DNA of 64,000 nucleotides from Candidatus Binatia bacterium (GTDB lineage Bacteria; Desulfobacterota; Binatia; UBA9968; JAJDTQ01): NCBI GenBank assembly GCA_963666515.2, contig OY762897.2, positions 96,001 to 160,000 of the forward strand, read 5' to 3'. Shown piece by piece: positions 57,679 to 64,000 of this stretch (position 1 is its first letter; each line of letters starts with the position of its first letter). The notes under the pieces were generated by a model. It saw only the letters and a program-made list of their open reading frames with translations, ran no database searches and was not told where the DNA came from. The position numbers and the translations under genes were made by a program.

Positions 57679-59013
57679 TCAAATAAGCTCCTCTGCATCA
57701 ATGGCTACCAGCGTCAGACCGTCGGACGGTTCGACCGCCAGCCCCAGCCTGACAAGGAGTGCCTGAAAGGCAGTTGCGTTCGGAAGCAGGTCTTCATCCT
57801 GATCGAGAGGCCCGAACCGGTTTGCGCGCAGGTTGTCGCCATCCGCCGCGTGGGCCCCGACCACGACCGACCAGGTCGTTCTGAGCTGCGCCGCGAATTC
57901 CGGCAGCGTCATCACTTGATCCTTCTCGAGCAGGCTGTATGCCAGAACCCGAAGCGTGTCCGCCTGCAACTCGACATGCTTGTGCTTCGCGACCGCCGAG
58001 CGGGGCTGCACGATGCCGATCCGTACGCCCAGGTCCCGAAAGTGCTCGTCCAGCACCTGCCGCGCTTCGGCGGAACTAGCGAACACGGTCCAGTCGTCTT
58101 CCTGGATGGCCGAACCATTGTCGTCCTCGAATGCCCGGTCATAGCTGAACGAGAAGAGATCCAGCGCCCGGGTATAGGTCGCACGGCTCTGTGCGCGGAT
58201 CCTGGGATTGCTGCCCTGCAGTGCGTCGACAAGCAGAAGCGGTGAGTCGCTTCCCTGGCGCATCATGTAGGCAAACAGCCAGCAACAGAGCCCAATCACC
58301 ATGTAGCGCATCGAATAGTTGGACTGCAGCCGCTCTAGATTCGCCGCAAGCCGGCCGACCGCAATCGTGCAGTCTTCCATTCCCGACCCGATCCGCGCCA
58401 GCCGCTCCGGCTTGATTTCTCCATAAAGCTCGTCGTGTTTGTCGCACCATTCTTCGGCCACGTCGTCGAGCAGCGGCTCGCCAAACGCGGCCAAGGGCGG
58501 CGGCGGTAGCTCCAGCAGCCTCCTGATTCCTTCGAGCGTCTCTCTTCCCGCGGCGGTCGCTTCCAGGACTGAAAGGACGAAGCTTCCCGAGTACCCATGA
58601 TTCTTCGACCGGTGCGAGATGTAGCGGGTTGAGGGGGCGCTGTAGTCCGCGCCGAACGTCGAATAGGGAGGGTAAACGGCCGACAGTGCCGACCCGTCGT
58701 TGTTGTATGCCGCGTTCAAGTGCGCGCGCAACGTGCGGAACGCCTCCAGGTCGACCGACTGATCCAATATGCCGCGTTCAACCAGCAACGGATGAAGGCG
58801 GTCGGCGGGATACTCGTCGCGAACTCTTGGACCGTCCTTCGGCGCCGTCTTCGGCACCGACGCCTTGTTCAGGGATTCCAGCCGGTAGTAGCGGCCGGTC
58901 AATGCCAGAAGAAAACTCGTGGCGAAGTGGACGGGCTTCATGCGGAAGGGCTGATAGCCGAGGATGGCCCCATGCACGCGACGCACCGCATCTGTATCCC
59001 GTGCCCTAGCCAT
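57679..59013 (-). CDS. Hypothetical 444-aa protein (position and size of DndG/DptG)
   Basis: ATG 59013 overlaps the upstream stop by 8 nt; wHTH-like C-terminus LPEFAAQL...LVRLGL..EPSDG; no motif recognised with certainty. Confidence 0.75.
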   Translation of the reverse strand: MARARDTDAVRRVHGAILGYQPFRMKPVHFATSFLLALTGRYYRLESLNKASVPKTAPKDGPRVRDEYPADRLHPLLVERGILDQSVDLEAFRTLRAHLNAAYNNDGSALSAVYPPYSTFGADYSAPSTRYISHRSKNHGYSGSFVLSVLEATAAGRETLEGIRRLLELPPPPLAAFGEPLLDDVAEEWCDKHDELYGEIKPERLARIGSGMEDCTIAVGRLAANLERLQSNYSMRYMVIGLCCWLFAYMMRQGSDSPLLLVDALQGSNPRIRAQSRATYTRALDLFSFSYDRAFEDDNGSAIQEDDWTVFASSAEARQVLDEHFRDLGVRIGIVQPRSAVAKHKHVELQADTLRVLAYSLLEKDQVMTLPEFAAQLRTTWSVVVGAHAADGDNLRANRFGPLDQDEDLLPNATAFQALLVRLGLAVEPSDGLTLVAIDAEELI

Positions 59014-60616
59014 AGCTGCGTACCCGCTCGAAGCGGCTTCTGTCCGCGCTGAGGTTAACTTGAATAAGCTCAAGGTTTTCGAGGTGGATAGACCAGACCG
59101 AGTCGCGCTCGCCGACCGTGCCCGCACTGAGCTTCTGGAGGAAGGCGTCCAGGCGGTGAATGTCCCGCTCCGGAATCAGCTTCCGCGGCAGGCCACGCGC
59201 CAAGCGGCAGAGCGTCCGCCAAAGCGGGAAATCGATTCTCAACCGCGGTGTTCCGGAGAGCCGGCGGGCCGTCAATGCGATGTGATCTGAGCGATAGTCG
59301 AAGCATCTCTCCAACCGCGCCGGCAGTCGAGGCACCTCGGTGACGAAATCATCCGTCGCCACGCGTTCAGTGGCGACGAAGGAGCGTGAGGGCTGCTCGT
59401 GAAAGCGATGACCGTTCCACAGGTACAGGTGCTGGTCCCGCGAATCGAAGTGGCGCGGGCAGTACGCAGCGTTGATGGCATCGACGAGATTTGCGACCAG
59501 CATCCGACCCGATCCTTTTCTGCCCTGCACGAGATCCTCGAACTCCTTCGCATCTGCATCGGCCAAGTCGAACACCTCCTCGCCCTTCTCGTGCTCGAAA
59601 TAGAACCGGCGCTTGAGCGCAGCGAAATTCTCCCAGTCGAGCATCGGATGTGGCGTCGGCACTGGGGCCTGCAGCACCCATCCTTCGCGCACCTCGGGCG
59701 CGCGAGCATCGAGCGCGGCGTCCCATACGGGATGGCTGCAACCTGCAGGATCGACTGCCTGCAAAGCCTCCGTCAAGTCGAAGCGGTCGTCCCGTTCAAA
59801 CAGGGCCTCCGAATACCAGTCCATGCGCTGATACTCGCCGTGCTCCTCCGTTCCGAACACCATTCGCGCGAACAGGATCCACAGCTCCCGCACCGTCGCC
59901 CGATGGCCGAGCGCCACCATGCGCTCGGCAAGCGCCCTCAGCCGCGCCCGCACCTGGGGATGGGCGAGACGTTCGACGTTCCGACGGACAACAGCCTCCC
60001 GCGGACTGGCCAAGGCCGTCTTCACTCCTTCGTCGTCAAGCAGCCTGTCCAGCATAGAATCGAAGAATTCGCCGCCCAGCGGGTTCCGAAGACTGAGGTC
60101 GATCACCACTACGTTGCCGGCGCACCCGGTGGTCTCATCGTCCCCGTAAGCCAGACGGTCCTGACACTGCCGCCCGACTTCCACCAAGTGTGGGGCTGAC
60201 ACATCGGCCATTCGCAACTGGTAAAGCGGATATTCGTTCGCGGCCAAGCAAAAGGGCCGCCCGCCCTCGATGGCCTCGCGCCACTTCTTCAGGATCGGAC
60301 CCGGATCGTCGCCGCGCATCTCGGCGGTCGCGTCCTCGACCACGACAGCGCCGACGCTTTCAAGGTCATGCTTCACGCGCCGCAGCAAGTGCGTTTTCCC
60401 ATCGCCGGCATTTCCGGTCACGACGACATTCCTGCCCGCCCGCACCTGCTCGCCGAGAAACCGTTCGATTCCGCTTTCGATATGCAGTCGGTCGAAATCT
60501 TCTTCGGTCAGCGCTTCCGCGATGGCTTCCCTGCCTGCCGCGGCAAGCGTGCGCCACAACTGACTGCCGTCTCGTACGCCCTCTGCCTTTGCCGTGCTGC
60601 CTCCCCCTTCACTCAT
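59006..60616 (-). CDS. P-loop NTPase, 536 aa (DndF/DptF-like)
   Basis: Walker A VVVTGNAGDGKTHLL, VVVEDAT, LAANE, VVVIDLS.R; ATGA overlap with the upstream gene. Confidence 0.8.
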   Translation of the reverse strand: MSEGGGSTAKAEGVRDGSQLWRTLAAAGREAIAEALTEEDFDRLHIESGIERFLGEQVRAGRNVVVTGNAGDGKTHLLRRVKHDLESVGAVVVEDATAEMRGDDPGPILKKWREAIEGGRPFCLAANEYPLYQLRMADVSAPHLVEVGRQCQDRLAYGDDETTGCAGNVVVIDLSLRNPLGGEFFDSMLDRLLDDEGVKTALASPREAVVRRNVERLAHPQVRARLRALAERMVALGHRATVRELWILFARMVFGTEEHGEYQRMDWYSEALFERDDRFDLTEALQAVDPAGCSHPVWDAALDARAPEVREGWVLQAPVPTPHPMLDWENFAALKRRFYFEHEKGEEVFDLADADAKEFEDLVQGRKGSGRMLVANLVDAINAAYCPRHFDSRDQHLYLWNGHRFHEQPSRSFVATERVATDDFVTEVPRLPARLERCFDYRSDHIALTARRLSGTPRLRIDFPLWRTLCRLARGLPRKLIPERDIHRLDAFLQKLSAGTVGERDSVWSIHLENLELIQVNLSADRSRFERVRSYG

Positions 60617-62673
60617 CCGTTCGAGTCTCCCACCACTGGCTCTTCAGCCTCGCCCAGCGGTACAAAAACGTCCCGCGGCAAGGCGGCCATGCTGGACTGA
60701 TGACGAAGCCGACTGGCAAGCCAACGCCGGCGCCAGAAGGCCGCGATACGTTCCGTGGCGTCCTCGTATCCGTCCGGTGCCGCGACATAGCCTGGCAACT
60801 CCGTTACGCGCTCCTGCAACCAATCCCGCGCCTTCGGAAAGAGCGGAGCGCCGTAGATCAGGCGGTGATGTCGATGCTGGATCAGCTTGTCGGGATCGAA
60901 TCCCAGCTTGCGAAGACCCATCTTCACCTTGCGTAGCTTCGGACTCGTCCCTTCCCCGAAGACGCTGTTCACCTCCTTGAAATCGCGTTCGTAAGCGAGA
61001 TAGGCATCGATCGCCCTACTTGTATCCGGCGAGAATTGAATCGTCCCGAAGCCCGAAGTCTGACCGATCGCGTTGTAAGGGATGCTTTCCTGCTCCGGGG
61101 CGATCGTGCCCGCAGGCAACTGCAGCCGATTGTATTGACTGGAGCCGTGCACGTAGAGGCTGGTCGTGCCAAGATAAACAAGTGTGCTGTCGCGTATGAC
61201 GCGACGGTTTTTCATCTGCGACGAGATGATAGACGGACTTGCATATCGGCGTCGGTAGTCGGCGCTGACCTGCGGGCTAAGCATCAGCAGAGCGACCAGC
61301 TTACCACCAAGAATTCGATTGTACGGCGCGATCGCACCGCATGTCGTGATTTCAAGCAGATTGGCGCCGGCCCGTCGCCCCTTAAGCGCCTCCAGCACGA
61401 TATTGATGGCGCTTCCAACCTTGTCTTTCCCAAGCGCTGTACACGCGAGGTCAGGGTCGGTGAGTTCCTCCCGGTGCTGTGCGATGACGAGCCGGGCCGA
61501 GAGCAGGCGTGACAGTGCCAGGGCTCGCTTCTTGGCCACGAGCTGCTTGCGGGCGGCATGCATGCGCGCGTCGACGGACGCCTTGGCCTCCAGTTTAAGG
61601 ATGTCGTCATCGACCGGAGGAGCTGTTGCATCGTTCCAGAGATCGGCCTCGAATTGATCCTGCGTAGAACCGGCGACCTCCCTGAGCAGAGTTTCCCGCA
61701 ACTTCGAGAATTCTTGGCTGCGCAGTGCGAGCCGACGAACCACCGCATCGTCGGGAGATTCCACTTCTTCCGCAGTTACGAGATTGGTCCAATCGATTTC
61801 CGCGAGCGACGTCTCGAGTTGGTGTTCCAGCCACCGAACTTCCTCTCTCAGCGCCGCCTTGCCGTTGGCTGCGGCCCCGATGAACCGTTCGACGATAGCT
61901 GCGAGGTGCCATCCGATGTATCGCTCGCGCTTCTCGCCCATTTCGAGAGGACAATTGTTCAGCGCGGCGATACCGATGACTGGATGCGCCCGATGCGCGG
62001 CGTCTCTCACAAGGTAAAGGAGCTGCCGTCCCGGGGTCGACACTTGCGGTATCGACCAAGTGTATCGGAAATAACGCCAAATCTCGCGGAGCTGCCGTCC
62101 GGTCGTCGGATCCACACTCCCGTCCGCTTCCTGAAGATACGGCTTGATGGCGTCGCCCAGAGCCGCCACCTTTTCATCGCCTTCAAGGTCGCGTGCAGGC
62201 GCGAGCCTTGCTGCCAGCTCCGCTCCGTCCGCCGTGAGCAGTCGCACACTACGCCGACCTGAACGGTCTTCTCTTTCCATCCTGGCAATAAAGTCCAAAA
62301 CGGCAGGGTGCCGTTTCTGCTCATCGACAATGGGCTGCAACTCACCGCGTAACATCTTCTTGCTGGCTATAATCTCCGATGTTGGCCGTCCACCGACCCG
62401 TTCCTTGCGATTCTCCAGAGCGAATCCGTAGCCTTGTTCGGCGATACGCCAGCGCAGCCGCGCGAGATCGGACAGAACCCTGATACACGCTTCATAGGCC
62501 AACACGTTTTCTTCGCTGCACTTTGCTGATTGGCACCAATTTATCTCTTCCTCCAATGCACCACTAATGTCGTTCGCGTTGCGCGCACGCTGGGCACACG
62601 CGAGTCTCATTGCAAACGCATGAAACCGCTCAGCGGATTCTCCATCCAGGGGTGGAAATATCGGTACGATCAT
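60613..62673 (-). CDS. DUF4338 / Druantia DruA-like protein, 686 aa
   Basis: PGRQLLYLVRD..PVIGIAAL..RERYIGW, CGAIAPYNRILGGKLVALL, TTSLY..GSSQYNRL, GQTSGFG. Confidence 0.82.
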   Translation of the reverse strand: MIVPIFPPLDGESAERFHAFAMRLACAQRARNANDISGALEEEINWCQSAKCSEENVLAYEACIRVLSDLARLRWRIAEQGYGFALENRKERVGGRPTSEIIASKKMLRGELQPIVDEQKRHPAVLDFIARMEREDRSGRRSVRLLTADGAELAARLAPARDLEGDEKVAALGDAIKPYLQEADGSVDPTTGRQLREIWRYFRYTWSIPQVSTPGRQLLYLVRDAAHRAHPVIGIAALNNCPLEMGEKRERYIGWHLAAIVERFIGAAANGKAALREEVRWLEHQLETSLAEIDWTNLVTAEEVESPDDAVVRRLALRSQEFSKLRETLLREVAGSTQDQFEADLWNDATAPPVDDDILKLEAKASVDARMHAARKQLVAKKRALALSRLLSARLVIAQHREELTDPDLACTALGKDKVGSAINIVLEALKGRRAGANLLEITTCGAIAPYNRILGGKLVALLMLSPQVSADYRRRYASPSIISSQMKNRRVIRDSTLVYLGTTSLYVHGSSQYNRLQLPAGTIAPEQESIPYNAIGQTSGFGTIQFSPDTSRAIDAYLAYERDFKEVNSVFGEGTSPKLRKVKMGLRKLGFDPDKLIQHRHHRLIYGAPLFPKARDWLQERVTELPGYVAAPDGYEDATERIAAFWRRRWLASRLRHQSSMAALPRDVFVPLGEAEEPVVGDSNG

Positions 62674-62920
62674 TGGCCCGCAACACTCTTCGATCCGCGA
62701 GGATTCTTACTTTCGCTCCATGCACCAAGACTTCGGCGAGCGCCTCGAACAGGCTGTTCACCAAGTCCTCGCCGCGGCCTTGGTCATTCCTGTCGGACTG
62801 GCGAGCTGATTGGCGATCCCCGTTGTTCGTGGCTTCCGCTTCTTGACCCGGCGGCAGCATGGCGCCGTTCCCTGACGGCTGATCGCCCCAATCATCCGTT
62901 CGACTACCACGAATCGCCAT
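62630..62920 (-). CDS. Possible small upstream ORF (uncertain)
   Basis: 96-aa ORF overlapping the DUF4338 start by 44 nt; one segment resembles an HU/IHF helix-strand. Confidence 0.25.
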   Translation of the reverse strand: MAIRGSRTDDWGDQPSGNGAMLPPGQEAEATNNGDRQSARQSDRNDQGRGEDLVNSLFEALAEVLVHGAKVRILADRRVLRANDRTDISTPGWRIR

Positions 62921-63097
62921 CGGTTGCGATGCTCGGGGTCCCCTTGTGAGGTGGTCTCACTTCGGTGGACAGGTAGGCGGCAGAAATGAGGTATCTTCCG
63001 GGTGGTCGATCATGCCGCTAGGGTCCTGTTTCCATGAAATAAGTGTGAACGGTCAGCGTCCGGGCCAGACGGCAGGGCACTTTTCTTTGCGTCTGAT

Positions 63098-63114
63098 TTG
63101 CAGTATGATTGCAA
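63098..63114. promoter_or_regulatory. Palindromic operator candidate enclosing a -10-like TATGAT
   Basis: TTGCA-GTATGAT-TGCAA, 8 nt upstream of ATG 63123, in the divergent intergenic region. Confidence 0.45.
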
Positions 63115-63122
63115 TATAGCCA

Positions 63123-64000
63123 ATGTACTATACGCGCACTCTTGAATCGTACTGGCTGGAGGTCTCGCGGCAGTTCCCCGTGCTGCTGCTGACCGGCCCA
63201 CGTCAAGTCGGGAAGACTACGCTTCTGCGGCACCTTGCGGAAGACGCTCGCCGTTATGTCTCCCTCGACAATCCGGTGCTGCGTGATCTGGCGAATGACG
63301 ATCCGGCGCTCTTCTTGCAGCGGTACGAGCCGCCGGTGCTCATCGACGAGATTCAGTATGCTCCCGGACTATTGCCGCTGATCAAGGTGATCGTGGACGA
63401 CAATCGCCAGCCGGGGCTGTTCTGGCTGACGGGGTCGCAGCAGTTCCAGGCCATGAGGGGCGTTTCCGAGTCCTTGGCGGGGCGGGTCGGAATCATCAAC
63501 CTGCTGGGCTTCTCCTCCCGCGAGCGACATCAACGTGATGCCGCCGTGTCTCCTTTTCTGCCGACGCGGCCCATTCTGGCCGAGCGCCAGCCGGCGCTTC
63601 GCATGAGCGGCCTCGACGAGGTGTACCGCGATATCTGGACTGGTGGATTTCCCGGGCTTGTTGCCGGCCCGATCAACGACCGCGAGCTGTTCTACAGTTC
63701 CTACTTGCAGACTTACCTTGAACGAGACCTCCGCGCCCTGTCACAGGTCGGCAATGAAATGGCGTTCCTCCGCTTTCTCAAGGCATGCGCGGCGCGAACC
63801 GCTCAGATGCTCAATCTGTCCAACTTGGCCCGCGACGCCGACGTAAGCGTCAACACCGCGAAGAACTGGCTCTCGATCCTGCAGGCGAGCCTCCAGGTCG
63901 AGCTGCTTCAGCCGTACCATGCCAATGTCACGAAGCGTCTGGTCAAACGGCCGAAGCTGTACTTCCTCGACACCGGCTTGTGCGCGTATCTGACGGAGTG
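63123..64000 (+). CDS. AAA_14 ATPase with DUF4143 domain, 3'-truncated by the window edge
   Basis: Translated by hand (absent from the ORF track because it has no stop): MYYTRTLE..FPVLLLTGPRQVGKTT, VLIDEIQYAP, LTGSQ, SESLAGR, GGFP, TYLERDL, KRLVKRPKLYFLDTGL. Confidence 0.92.
   Translation, partial: MYYTRTLESYWLEVSRQFPVLLLTGPRQVGKTTLLRHLAEDARRYVSLDNPVLRDLANDDPALFLQRYEPPVLIDEIQYAPGLLPLIKVIVDDNRQPGLFWLTGSQQFQAMRGVSESLAGRVGIINLLGFSSRERHQRDAAVSPFLPTRPILAERQPALRMSGLDEVYRDIWTGGFPGLVAGPINDRELFYSSYLQTYLERDLRALSQVGNEMAFLRFLKACAARTAQMLNLSNLARDADVSVNTAKNWLSILQASLQVELLQPYHANVTKRLVKRPKLYFLDTGLCAYLTE

Noticed and set aside
50817-62673. Canonical Druantia type I or canonical Dnd phosphorothioate system
   Set aside because: No DruE helicase/DUF1998 gene and no dndABCDE genes in the window, and the large protein lacks a HerA/FtsK-type ATPase. 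Partners elsewhere in the genome cannot be excluded.

Overview
High-GC bacterial window; the organism cannot be identified from sequence alone. About 45 kb is catabolic and transport genes: amidohydrolases, a TctA-TctB fusion, a ThDP enzyme, MatB-like/SDR/crotonase genes, ybbAP-tesA, tandem luciferase-like monooxygenases, a xanthine-dehydrogenase-family L-M-S trio, and a UbiD/amidase/nitrilase/hydantoinase cluster. Defence and toxin-antitoxin loci are scattered through it, and most are damaged. A type I-C CRISPR-Cas locus (mazEF-cas3-cas5c-cas2, 10 identical repeats) has lost most of cas8c, all of cas7 and cas4, and most of cas1 through an in-frame cas8c::cas1 fusion deletion. Several antitoxins are orphaned next to toxin remnants. 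The most notable element is a translationally coupled four-gene minus-strand operon at 50817-62673. It encodes a DUF4338/DruA-like protein, a P-loop NTPase, a 444-aa unknown protein, and a ~1594-aa protein with a PD-(D/E)XK nuclease motif fused to a complete RuvB-like AAA+/winged-helix motor. The last three genes resemble DndFGH (DptFGH) in size and order, but there are no dnd modification genes, no Druantia DruE, and a RuvB-type motor replaces the HerA-type ATPase. The large gene is split by an IS1634-family element with a 6-bp target duplication; removing the element restores the reading frame exactly. All family assignments come from motif recognition by eye; no database searches were run.
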